A stretch of 64,000 nucleotides of DNA from Pseudomonadota bacterium (lineage in GTDB: Bacteria; Pseudomonadota; Alphaproteobacteria; Rhodobacterales; Rhodobacteraceae): contig CAUJIP010000026.1 of assembly GCA_963205235.1 (NCBI GenBank), positions 8,042 to 72,041 on the forward strand, given 5' to 3'. A model generated the notes under the pieces. It did not search any database. It worked only from the letters and a program-made list of their open reading frames with translations, and was not told the origin of the DNA. Shown here piece by piece: positions 9,685 to 18,670 of the stretch. Position numbers and translations under genes: made by a program. Each line of letters starts with the position of its first letter. Within the stretch, counting starts at the first letter, position 1.

Positions 9685-10458
9685 CTAGACCGGAAGGGGC
9701 GAAAGATACCCCTCGAACGTCACGTTGTCGGCGACACGACGCGCCTCGGCCTCGGCCTCTGGCGACCGGATCGTCCAGCACAGGATCGCAGCACCCGCCG
9801 CTTTCAATTCGGCAACCCGTGGGCTGGCAAGATCCGCCGCCTCGTGGCTGATGAAGCTGGACCCGGTCGGGTCATAGTCGGGAATGGCGCGGAAATGGCG
9901 GCAGTCGGATTCGGGCAGCGGGGCCCAGTCGTCAGGATCATAGGCCGAGGTGGTGATCCCCCGTGCAATGCCGGGGGCAAGGCGGGCCATGTGGCGCACG
10001 GCATCCGGGTTGAACGACATTATCGCCACCGGCCCGGCATAGCCTTGCAGCGCCTTGGCGGTCGCCGCCTCCAGCCGCCCATCGGTCGGACCCATGACCA
10101 GCGACTGATCCTTGATCTCGATCAGCAGGGGCACGCGGCCCGCGATCATCGCCAACACTTCCGGCAAGGTGGGGATCGCGTCGGTCGAATCCTTCAGCAC
10201 GATCCGCGCCAATTCCGCCGCCGTCCGCGCATTCACCGGGCCGGTTTCGCCAGTCAGACGGTCCAGCACTTCGTCATGGAAGACCATGGCCTGACCATCG
10301 GCAGACAGCTGAAGATCAATCTCGATCCCATAGCCCGCCGCCACCGCCGCCCGGATGGCAGAGGGCGAATTCTCGATCACGCCCTTGGCCCGGTCATGCA
10401 GGGCCCGGTGGGTGATCGGCAGGCGAAGGAATTCTTGCGGCAGGGGAATGCGGGTCAT
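9685..10458 (-). CDS. Glycerophosphodiester phosphodiesterase family protein
   Basis: ITHRALHD...ENSPSAIRAAVAAGYGIEIDLQLSADGQAMVFHD, the GDPD signature. 257 aa. Confidence 0.8.
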   Translation of the reverse strand: MTRIPLPQEFLRLPITHRALHDRAKGVIENSPSAIRAAVAAGYGIEIDLQLSADGQAMVFHDEVLDRLTGETGPVNARTAAELARIVLKDSTDAIPTLPEVLAMIAGRVPLLIEIKDQSLVMGPTDGRLEAATAKALQGYAGPVAIMSFNPDAVRHMARLAPGIARGITTSAYDPDDWAPLPESDCRHFRAIPDYDPTGSSFISHEAADLASPRVAELKAAGAAILCWTIRSPEAEAEARRVADNVTFEGYLSPLPV

Positions 10459-10916
10459 TTCAGCTCGAAAATCGCCTCGATTTCCACCGCAACCCCCAGC
10501 GGCAGCGACACCGCCGACACTGCCGACCGCGCATGGCGCCCGGCATCGCCCAAAGCGGCCACCAGAAAATCCGATGCGCCGTTGATCACCTTGGGTTGGT
10601 CGATGAATTCTGCGGTCGAGTTCACGAAGCCCACCAGTTTCACCACCCGCGCGAAACGGTCGAAATCGCCGCCGCAGGCCTTTTTCAGCTGTGCCAGCAG
10701 CGAGATCGCGCAGCGCTTGGCCGCCGCCGCGCCCTGTTCAACCGCCAGATCCTCACCCAGACGGCCCTTGATCAAGCCGTGTTCGTCCTGGCTGATCTGG
10801 CCCGAGACATAGACATGTTTGCCGATCACGACAAAAGGCACATAGTTCGCCGCCGGGGCCGGGGCATCGGGAAGGGTGACGCCAAGTTCGGCAAGGTGGG
10901 TTTCGATCGGGTGCAT
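10455..10916 (-). CDS. RidA/YjgF family protein
   Basis: Start trimmed to MHPIETHLAELG. Contains VYVSGQIS...ARSAVSAVSLPLGVAVEIEAIFEL. 4-nt overlap with the GDPD gene. Confidence 0.8.
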   Translation of the reverse strand: MHPIETHLAELGVTLPDAPAPAANYVPFVVIGKHVYVSGQISQDEHGLIKGRLGEDLAVEQGAAAAKRCAISLLAQLKKACGGDFDRFARVVKLVGFVNSTAEFIDQPKVINGASDFLVAALGDAGRHARSAVSAVSLPLGVAVEIEAIFELK

Positions 10917-11012
10917 GGCTGGATCCTTTGAAGTTTTGCCGCCAGTTAACGCCTGCACCAAGGGCGAAGCAAGAGGCGCAGACCTGATCCCGACCGTACC
11001 TTTGCCCGATGG

Positions 11013-12311
11013 TCAGCCTTCCCGCATGGCATGACCAAGGAAGACGGTGAAGGGTTCAAGAAGATAGGCCATCGGGCTTTGGGTCCCGGTCGTGACATAG
11101 GCCTCGACCCGCATGCCGGGAAGCAGGACCCGCCCGCCCAGACGGTCAAGCTCTCCGGGGTCGATGGTCAGCTCGACCGAATAGAACCCGACTCCGGTTT
11201 CGGGGTCGGTCAGCGCGTCGGCGGCAATCAGCGTCACTTGCGCCCGCAGACGCGGAACCTCGGACCGGGAGAAGGCCGAAATAGCCAATTCGGCCTTCTG
11301 GCCCAGCGAGACGGCGTCGATATCCTCGGGGCGGACGCGAACCGTGATCACCAATGGGGGATCGATGGGCACCAGGCTGAGGATCGGCTCGGCCGGGCGC
11401 AGCACGACCTGTGGTTTGGGGGTCTGCAGCCCAAGCACGATGCCTGCAACCGGTGCCCGGACTGTCAGATGATCAACCCGGTCAGCAAGGCCGCGCCGGG
11501 TTTCCTCCAGCTCGGCAATCCGGGGCTCGACCTCACGCAGTTCGGCGGCGGCGGCCTCCATACGCTCGGTGCGCAAGCCGCCAATGCGCAGCGCGGTCTC
11601 GGTCATCTGGCCAGAGATCTGGGCCTTGGCGACCGACAGTTCGGCAATCTGGCCGGTCAACCGGGCGGCTTCGCGGCCAAGTGCCAGCAGGTCGGATTGC
11701 GGGACAAGACCTTGCTGAAACAGCTCTGACTGACTGGCCAGCTCTTCCTTGATAAGGGCAAGCTGGTCTTCCAGCGCCTGCTGTTCCTTGACGATCCCCT
11801 CGAACTGGCTGCGAAACTGCGCCACGCGCAAGGCAAGCAGCGCCTCGGCTTCGTTGAAAAGCGCAAGGCGCAGATCGAAGTGCCGTTTTTGCCCGTCGAC
11901 TTCGGCCATGACATCGGGGGCCAGGGGGGCGCTGGCCAACAGCGAATCGGAAAAAGTGACGGTCTTCGCCGCATCCCGTTCGGCAGTCAGCCGTGCCGCC
12001 CGCGCCGCCAGACCCGCGAGCCGACGATCAAGGTTACGCAATTCCAGGACCAGCTCTGGGGCGTCAAGCCGCAGCAAGGGATCGCCTGCCGCGACACGGC
12101 TTCCCTCGCGAACAAAGACCTCGGCCACGAACCCGCCTTCGGGATGCTGGATCACCTGGCGATGATCCTCGACCACGATCTGCCCGGTCAGGATGACCGC
12201 ACCCTCAAGCCGCGCCAGAACGGCCCAGGTGCCAAAACCCCCGAAAAGCCCCGCCAGGGCCAGAAGGCCAAGCAGGACCGGCCCCCGGAAGGAAAGCACA
12301 GGGTCGCTCAT
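11013..12311 (-). CDS. HlyD-family type I secretion periplasmic adaptor (membrane fusion protein)
   Basis: Start trimmed to MSDPVLSFRGPVLLGLLALAG, an ATGA overlap with the ABC gene. One TM segment, long coiled-coil region and C-terminal beta domain (VRAPVAGIVLGL...LLPGMRVEAYV). Confidence 0.85.
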   Translation of the reverse strand: MSDPVLSFRGPVLLGLLALAGLFGGFGTWAVLARLEGAVILTGQIVVEDHRQVIQHPEGGFVAEVFVREGSRVAAGDPLLRLDAPELVLELRNLDRRLAGLAARAARLTAERDAAKTVTFSDSLLASAPLAPDVMAEVDGQKRHFDLRLALFNEAEALLALRVAQFRSQFEGIVKEQQALEDQLALIKEELASQSELFQQGLVPQSDLLALGREAARLTGQIAELSVAKAQISGQMTETALRIGGLRTERMEAAAAELREVEPRIAELEETRRGLADRVDHLTVRAPVAGIVLGLQTPKPQVVLRPAEPILSLVPIDPPLVITVRVRPEDIDAVSLGQKAELAISAFSRSEVPRLRAQVTLIAADALTDPETGVGFYSVELTIDPGELDRLGGRVLLPGMRVEAYVTTGTQSPMAYLLEPFTVFLGHAMREG

Positions 12312-14119
12312 GCGCGGCCTCTGGCGATGGTGGGGGTCAGGTGGCTTGCGTTCTTCACCGTTTCGCGCAGGACCTGGTCGCGCGGGCCGACGGCGGAAAC
12401 CATCCCGTCCTTCAGCACCAGAAGTAGGTCGCATTCCTGCAACGCGGAGGGCCTGTGCGACATGATCAGCACTGCCGCCCCGGTCGACCGGGCGGCGCGC
12501 AGGGCCTGATTCAACGCCTCGGCACCGTCATGGTCAAGACTGGCGTTCGGTTCGTCCAGAACCAGAAGCACCGGATCGCCAAAGATTGCCCGCGCCAGAC
12601 CGACTCGCTGGCTTTGGCCGCCGGAAAGACGGCCCGCCCCAAAGGACAGCCGCGTGTCATAGCCTTCGGGAAGTTGCAGGATCATGTCATGGGCACCGGC
12701 GGCACGCGCGGCCTCGATGATGTCATGCGGGTCGATCCCTGGCTGCAACCGCGCGATATTCTCGGCAATCGTGCCGTCAAACAGCGCCACCTTCTGTGGC
12801 AGATAGCCGATCCAGTGACCCAGCCTTTCAGGATCGTACTGGTCTAACGTCGCACCATCCAGTCGTATATGCCCCGCGATGGGCCGCCATGCCCCGATCA
12901 GGGCCTTGGCCAGCGTCGACTTGCCCGAGCCCGAAGGGCCGATAACCCCCATCACCTGCCCCGGCATCAGCGAAAAGCTGACCGAGCGCAGGGTGGGCGC
13001 GCGGCTTCCCGGTGGGATGACCGTCAGCCCCTGAACCTCCAGCCTCGCGGCGGGGCGCGGCAGGGCAGTTCGGGGCAAATCCAGCGGGACCTGACCCAGA
13101 AGGTCAGACAGGCGCGCCCTGGCCTGCCTTGCATGGGCAAAGACCGACCAATGCGCCACTGTCTGTTCAATGGGTTGCAGTGCCCGGCCCATCAGGATCG
13201 AGGCCGCGACCATCGCCCCGGCTGAAAGCTGTTCCCGCAGAACAAGCCAGGCGGCAAGCCCAAGCATGGCCGATTGCAGGAACAGCCGGAACGTCCGGAT
13301 CGTGACCGACCAGCGCCCGCTGGCGTCCGCAGCCGCAAGTCCTGCGACACGGGCAAAAGCACGGCTGGCCCGCCACCGATCACTTGCCGCCTCGGTCATG
13401 CCCATCGCCCGGATCAAATCGGGCTCCAGCCGCAACGACCCGCTCAGCCGGTCAGCCTCGCGTCCGGCAAGCGTCGCGGTTTGCAAATGTGGATCGGTCG
13501 CACGCTGGTTTGCCCAACTTGCAAGGGTCAGGACCAGCCCCCCGCCCGCAGCGAAACAGCCAAGCCAGGGGTGAAAGATGAAAAGCGCAGCAAAGAACAA
13601 CGGGGTCCAGGGCAGGTCGAACAGCGCCAGCAGGGCCTGGGACGCCCAAAACCGTGACAGGGCGTCAAGATCCCGTTCCGCCGCGTGGGCGGCTGTGTCG
13701 TGTGGTGCCACCGAAAGCCGCCGGAAGGCCGCGCTCAGCACGCGGGATTCCAGCCCCGCCTGCAGCCTTGCCCCGACCCGGGCCATGATCCGGCCCCGCG
13801 CGAAATCCAGCAGGCCCATCGCCAGATAAAACCCTACCAGCAGCAGCGTCAGCGCCAGCAGCGTCTCGACCGAGCGCGAGACAAGCACCCGGTCATAGAC
13901 CTGCAGCATGTAAAGCGGGGCCGACAACATCAACAGATTGACGAAGGCCGAAAAGATAAAGGCCAACGCAATGCCCCCGCCCGATCCGGAAAGGGCCGCA
14001 GCAAGTTCGGCCGCTCCGGCGCTGGGTATCTTTGGCAGAAGGGCAGTCCCGGACAAGGCCGACTCCTTTGGCATCTTCCCGCTAGACCCGGCGAAATCGC
14101 CGTTCTTCAGTGTTGTCAT
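12308..14119 (-). CDS. Type I secretion system permease/ATPase (PrtD/HasD-type, no C39 peptidase domain)
   Basis: TMD motif LYMLQVYDRVL, Walker A GPSGSGKST, signature LSGGQSQRV, Walker B LLVLDEP. Exact start is uncertain; an internal Met sits at 14074. Confidence 0.85.
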   Translation of the reverse strand: MTTLKNGDFAGSSGKMPKESALSGTALLPKIPSAGAAELAAALSGSGGGIALAFIFSAFVNLLMLSAPLYMLQVYDRVLVSRSVETLLALTLLLVGFYLAMGLLDFARGRIMARVGARLQAGLESRVLSAAFRRLSVAPHDTAAHAAERDLDALSRFWASQALLALFDLPWTPLFFAALFIFHPWLGCFAAGGGLVLTLASWANQRATDPHLQTATLAGREADRLSGSLRLEPDLIRAMGMTEAASDRWRASRAFARVAGLAAADASGRWSVTIRTFRLFLQSAMLGLAAWLVLREQLSAGAMVAASILMGRALQPIEQTVAHWSVFAHARQARARLSDLLGQVPLDLPRTALPRPAARLEVQGLTVIPPGSRAPTLRSVSFSLMPGQVMGVIGPSGSGKSTLAKALIGAWRPIAGHIRLDGATLDQYDPERLGHWIGYLPQKVALFDGTIAENIARLQPGIDPHDIIEAARAAGAHDMILQLPEGYDTRLSFGAGRLSGGQSQRVGLARAIFGDPVLLVLDEPNASLDHDGAEALNQALRAARSTGAAVLIMSHRPSALQECDLLLVLKDGMVSAVGPRDQVLRETVKNASHLTPTIARGRA

Positions 14120-14198
14120 CGACCCGGACGCGACTTATGGCTAATCTCGGACTGGGGTCGCCTGGACTGGACCCTGACGTGGTTGCCCGGATACTAGG

Positions 14199-14975
14199 AT
14201 GCAGGTTCTGAAGATTTCATTGCCAGGATCGCTGCGGTTGCGCGCCCTTGTGGCTGGCGTGGGTCTTGGCCTGCTTGCAGGCTGTGGCGCTGCACCTGGG
14301 CCGGACGGGGTCAATGATCCGTTCGAACCCACGAACCGCAAGATTCACGCCTTCAACCGTGGCGTGGACCAGATGTTTCTTGGGCCGACCTCCAAAGGCT
14401 ATGGCCGTGTGATTCCGAAACCCGTGTCGCGGGCGATCGGCAATCTGGCCGACACGCTTGATCTTCCGGGCGACATTGCGAACAATCTTCTGCAGTTCCG
14501 GGTCGGGGATGCCGCGCAGAACACGCTGCGGCTTGGGACCAATGTATTCTTTGGCGTCGGCGGCATTTTCGACACGTCGACGATGCTTGGGCTGCCCGGA
14601 AAACCCACCGATTTCGGCGAAACGCTGCATGTCTGGGGCTTTGGCGAAGGCGCCTATCTTGAGGTGCCGTTCTCTGGCCCGTCGACCGTCCGCGATGCGA
14701 CCGGAACCGTGGTTGATATCGTCATGAACCCGGTTCGGCTGGCCGTGCCCAAGCGCGAAGCGATGGCTGCGACGGCGATCAAGCTTTTCTCACGTGTTGG
14801 TGACCGCGACCGGTTCTCGGAAACGATAGAATCGATCCTATATGACAGTGCTGACAGCTATGCTCAGGCGCGGCTTCTGTATCTGCAGAACCGGCGCTTT
14901 ACCCTCAACCGAGGGGCAGCCACCACCACTGAGGACGAGTACATTGACCCCTACGAGGATCCCTATGCCGAGTGA
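14199..14975 (+). CDS. mlaA: MlaA/VacJ family lipoprotein
   Basis: Lipobox LLAGCG, then NRKIHAFNRGVDQMFLGP...LGTNVFFGVGGIFD. Confidence 0.85.
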   Translation: MQVLKISLPGSLRLRALVAGVGLGLLAGCGAAPGPDGVNDPFEPTNRKIHAFNRGVDQMFLGPTSKGYGRVIPKPVSRAIGNLADTLDLPGDIANNLLQFRVGDAAQNTLRLGTNVFFGVGGIFDTSTMLGLPGKPTDFGETLHVWGFGEGAYLEVPFSGPSTVRDATGTVVDIVMNPVRLAVPKREAMAATAIKLFSRVGDRDRFSETIESILYDSADSYAQARLLYLQNRRFTLNRGAATTTEDEYIDPYEDPYAE

Positions 14976-15573
14976 ACCGATGGTTTCGCGCCGTGTCTTG
15001 TTGGCAGGCAGTGCCGCTGGTCTGGCGCTTTTCAGCCTGCCGCGCGCCGCCCTGGCAATGACCGAGGGCGAGGCCAAGTCATTGGTCGACAAGACCGTCG
15101 GCCAGATCAATGACATCATCAACTCGGGCAAGTCCGAGCAGGCGATGCTGGGCGAATTCGAAAAGCTGTTCGCCAAGTTTGCGGACGTGCCGACCATTGC
15201 ACAGTCGGTGCTTGGTCCGGCGGCCAAATCTGCCTCGAAGGGGCAGATGTCCAGCTATACCAAGGCCTTCCAGGGTTATATCAGCCGCAAATACGGTCGC
15301 CGCTTCCGCGAATTCATCGGCGGACGGATCGAAGTTGCAGAAGCCAAGGCGGTGAAAAGCTTCTTCGAGGTGATCTCGACTGCCTATCTGCAAGGCGAAG
15401 CCCCGTTCGAAGTGCGCTGGCATGTGTCCGATAAGTCCGGCAAGGGCCTGTTCTTCAACATCATCATCGAGGGCGTGAACATGCTGGCGTCCGAGCGCAC
15501 CGAGATGGGCGCGCTTCTGGACCAGCGCGGCGGCGACCTTGATACGCTGATCGCCGATCTCAAGACGCTTTAG
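14965..15573 (+). CDS. MlaC/Ttg2D-family phospholipid-binding periplasmic protein
   Basis: Start trimmed to MPSEPMVSRRVLLAGSAAGLALFSLPRAALA, which is Tat-like. Contains FNIIIEGVNMLASERTEMGALL. Overlaps the mlaA stop by 11 nt. Confidence 0.75.
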   Translation: MPSEPMVSRRVLLAGSAAGLALFSLPRAALAMTEGEAKSLVDKTVGQINDIINSGKSEQAMLGEFEKLFAKFADVPTIAQSVLGPAAKSASKGQMSSYTKAFQGYISRKYGRRFREFIGGRIEVAEAKAVKSFFEVISTAYLQGEAPFEVRWHVSDKSGKGLFFNIIIEGVNMLASERTEMGALLDQRGGDLDTLIADLKTL

Positions 15574-15589
15574 CCTGCAAAGGGAGAGG

Positions 15590-15634
15590 CCGGAGTTCTC
15601 GAAAGCTCCGGTCCGATTTCTTCGAAGAAATCGG
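15590..15634. terminator. Two adjacent hairpins between convergent genes (candidate bidirectional terminator)
   Basis: ccggag at 15590-15595 pairs with ctccgg at 15606-15611. A perfect 22-bp palindrome ccgatttcttcgaagaaatcgg lies at 15613-15634. Confidence 0.5.
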
Positions 15635-15640
15635 TTCTCT

Positions 15641-16255
15641 CTAACGCGGGATCTTGATTCCCAGCTTTTCCAGTGCGGCAATGGCCTCGGCGGCTTCGGG
15701 GCCGTTCAGGTTCAGCGTCTGCCCGCCCGCCTGCACCACCGGCCCGAACCAGGTGTTGATCGCATTCACCGTCCGCGACGGCCCCGGTCCGCTGGTCGAA
15801 TAGGGCGTCACCGGCACAGCGCCATTCTGATCCGAGAAATGCAGCACTGCGCGATAGGTGGTCCCGCTGTCGCTTGACCGGCTTGAGGCCAGCGCAGCCC
15901 CCTGAAAGGCGGCCAGCGGATAGGTCTTTTCACTTCGCCCCAGAAGCCCGCGCTTGGTGATCGTGATCATCTGGGCGGCACGGTTGAAGGTCAGTGTCCG
16001 CGTCTTCAGCAGGAAGGCGGCAATGGCCAGCGGGATCACCGACATATAGCCCATGATGCTCATCCCCGGCACCGAATTGGGCAGGAACCCGGATGCCCCC
16101 GGCACCCCCATCTGGCCGACAATGAAGGGTAGGATGTAGTGCATCCCGAAGCCAAGGCTGAAGAACAGCAGGAACAGGAAGATGCACAGGATCCACAGAC
16201 CCGTGGGCTTGATCTCGATCACCAGCCGGTTCTTGTCATTTTCCAGAATGCGCAT
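15641..16255 (-). CDS. Hypothetical membrane protein (two predicted TM segments)
   Basis: Start trimmed to MRILENDKNRLVIEIKPTGLWILCIFLFLLFF. A second hydrophobic segment is IMGYMSVIPLAIAAFLL. No recognisable catalytic motif. Confidence 0.6.
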   Translation of the reverse strand: MRILENDKNRLVIEIKPTGLWILCIFLFLLFFSLGFGMHYILPFIVGQMGVPGASGFLPNSVPGMSIMGYMSVIPLAIAAFLLKTRTLTFNRAAQMITITKRGLLGRSEKTYPLAAFQGAALASSRSSDSGTTYRAVLHFSDQNGAVPVTPYSTSGPGPSRTVNAINTWFGPVVQAGGQTLNLNGPEAAEAIAALEKLGIKIPR

Positions 16256-16351
16256 CGTGAGGCCCTCTCCTGAGGTCCGGCGTCCCAAAGGGCCGGAGGA
16301 ATGGCGGCAAGATTAGTGGCGTGCGCCCAACCGATCAAGTCGGGTTTCCCC

Positions 16352-18670
16352 TCAGTCGACCGGACCGATCAGTTCCAGAATCAGTCCGTCCTCGGTGACA
16401 ATGGTTCCGGGCGGCAAAGGTTCACCGGTTCCGGGCAGGGGGGCGGTATAGGCCTCGGGCAAGGGTTCCTCATAGACCCCGCCATCCACGTTTGACCCGT
16501 CAAAATAGGGCACGTCTTCGGGCGCGATGGCGCCTTCGACCGTGGTCGGGTCGATCGGCATATAGGTCGAATCCGGCACTTCGGTCAAAAGCGGGCTGGG
16601 ATCGACGCCTTCGTTGATCCGGGTCATCACCTCGTGCCAGATTTCCGCAGGCAACCCGCCGCCGGTGACGCCGGTCAGGGGGCTGTTGTCGTCATACCCC
16701 ATCCAGACGCCCACCACGTAATCGGCGGTAAAGCCCACGAACCAGGCATCCCGCGCACTGGTCGTGGTGCCGGTCTTGCCCGCCGCCTCGCGGTCATCTA
16801 GCCGGGCCCGACCGCCGGTGCCAGAATTCAACACTTCGGTCATCATGTAGGTCAGGGCGCGGGCGGCCTTTTCGGAAATCACCCTCTCCCCGATCCCGCC
16901 GCCCTTGCCGAACAGGGGTTCGTCCATCCCCTTCAGGCGCAGCGCGTCAAGCCCGTAAGGGGTGACCGATGACCCGCCGTTCAGGATGCCCGCGAAAGCC
17001 CCGGTCATGTCGATCAGCGTCGATTCCGACACGCCCAGCGCCAGCGACGGGCCATCGGCAAAGTTCTGCGCCAGACCGAAGTCGGTCGCGACCTGAATGA
17101 CCAGATCGCGGCCCACGGCTTCGCTGATCTTGACCGCCGGGATGTTCCGGCTTTCGGCCAGAGCCTGGGTCAGGGTGATCGGCCCCTTGAACTCACGGTC
17201 ATAGTTCTGCGGGCACCAGTCACCCGAGCCAGCCGTATAGATGCACATCGGACTGTCATCGACGATGTCCATGGGACTCATCCCCAGGTCCATCGCCACG
17301 GCATAGACAAAGGCCTTGAAGGTCGATCCGGTCTGCCGGAGCGCCTGCGTCGCGCGATTGAAATCGCCTGCATTCGGCACATCGCGCCCGCCGACCATCG
17401 CGCGTACCGCGCCATCCGCGCTCATCACCACGATAGCGGCCTGCGCCTTGGACCCTTCCTTCAGCTTGTTCTCGAACACCCAGGCCAAGGCTTCTTCGGC
17501 CTTGCGCTGCATGTCCTGATCCAGCGTCGTTTCGATGATCACGTCCTCGGTCGTGTCGCGCGCCAGATAGTCGGGTGTCGTTTCCATCACCCAATCGGCG
17601 AAATAGCCGCCGGATTTCTGCTTGGCCGCCTTGGACAGAACGGCGGGATTGGCGCGTGCCTCATCCGCCTGGGCTTTGGTGATATAGCCCTGATCCTCCA
17701 TCAGGCCCAGAACCACCTCGGCCCGCGCCCGCGCCCGGTCCATGCTGGAGGTCGGCGCATAGGTCGACGGCGCCTTCAGCAACCCCGCCAGCATCGCCGC
17801 CTCGGCCAGGGTCACATCCTTGGCCGACTTGCCGAAATAGCGCTGCGCCGCCGCCTCGAACCCGCGCGCGCCCGCGCCGAGATAGGCCCGGTTGAAGTAG
17901 ATCGTCAGGATCTCTTCCTTGGAATACTTGACCTCCATCGCCAAGGAAAACGGCACTTCCTTGATCTTGCGCCACATCCCGCCCTGACGGCAGTCCTTTT
18001 CGTAATCGGCTTCGGTCTTCCACAAGGCCGGGTCCCATTTGACCCCAAGGCACAAAAGCTTGGCCGTCTGCTGGGTGATGGTCGACCCGCCGTTGCCTTC
18101 AAACGGACCGCGCCCCTCGGACAGGTTGATCTTGACCGCACTCGCGATCCCGCGCGGGCTGATGCCGAAATGCCAATAGAACCGCTTGTCCTCAGTCGCG
18201 ACCACGGCGTCGTGCAGATAGGGCGACACGCTTTCCGCCGTCACCATTCCGCCGAAGGTTTCTCCCCGCCAGGCAAAGACCTCGCCATTGCGGTCCAGCA
18301 TCGTGACTGACCCACGGGCGCGACCATCGACCAGCTCGTCCAAAGCGGGAAGCTGGGCATAATAGTACCAGACGAACCCGCCAAGGATCAGCGCGCCAAC
18401 CGCGCTGACCCGCCAGGTGATGCCCCAGAACACCCGCCACAGGAACAGAAAGCTGCCAAGGATAAACCCGTGCTGCCGCCGGGGACGCGCGGCACGGCGA
18501 CGCCGGGGGGCACTGGGTTTCTTCGAAGCAGGCTTCTTCGGTCCGCCGCCCGTGCCCCGGCCCGAACCGCCGCCGGACCCGCCACTGCGCGACGGCTGTG
18601 CCGAATACCGTTTGTCTGCGACCAGAGGGCCGCGCCCCCGACTACCTGCTGCCATGCCTGCCTGCGCCAC
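16352..18670 (-). CDS. mrcA: Class A penicillin-binding protein (glycosyltransferase GT51 + transpeptidase)
   Basis: GT51 motifs EDKRFYWHFGISPRG and GGSTITQQ. Transpeptidase motifs STFK, SRN and KTGTT. 772 aa. The symbol is tentative and the start is uncertain. Confidence 0.85.
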   Translation of the reverse strand: MAQAGMAAGSRGRGPLVADKRYSAQPSRSGGSGGGSGRGTGGGPKKPASKKPSAPRRRRAARPRRQHGFILGSFLFLWRVFWGITWRVSAVGALILGGFVWYYYAQLPALDELVDGRARGSVTMLDRNGEVFAWRGETFGGMVTAESVSPYLHDAVVATEDKRFYWHFGISPRGIASAVKINLSEGRGPFEGNGGSTITQQTAKLLCLGVKWDPALWKTEADYEKDCRQGGMWRKIKEVPFSLAMEVKYSKEEILTIYFNRAYLGAGARGFEAAAQRYFGKSAKDVTLAEAAMLAGLLKAPSTYAPTSSMDRARARAEVVLGLMEDQGYITKAQADEARANPAVLSKAAKQKSGGYFADWVMETTPDYLARDTTEDVIIETTLDQDMQRKAEEALAWVFENKLKEGSKAQAAIVVMSADGAVRAMVGGRDVPNAGDFNRATQALRQTGSTFKAFVYAVAMDLGMSPMDIVDDSPMCIYTAGSGDWCPQNYDREFKGPITLTQALAESRNIPAVKISEAVGRDLVIQVATDFGLAQNFADGPSLALGVSESTLIDMTGAFAGILNGGSSVTPYGLDALRLKGMDEPLFGKGGGIGERVISEKAARALTYMMTEVLNSGTGGRARLDDREAAGKTGTTTSARDAWFVGFTADYVVGVWMGYDDNSPLTGVTGGGLPAEIWHEVMTRINEGVDPSPLLTEVPDSTYMPIDPTTVEGAIAPEDVPYFDGSNVDGGVYEEPLPEAYTAPLPGTGEPLPPGTIVTEDGLILELIGPVD

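Noticed and set aside
8504-9688. 394-aa plus-strand ORF
   Set aside because: Antisense to the DUF482/FemAB-like gene, whose conserved blocks are on the minus strand.
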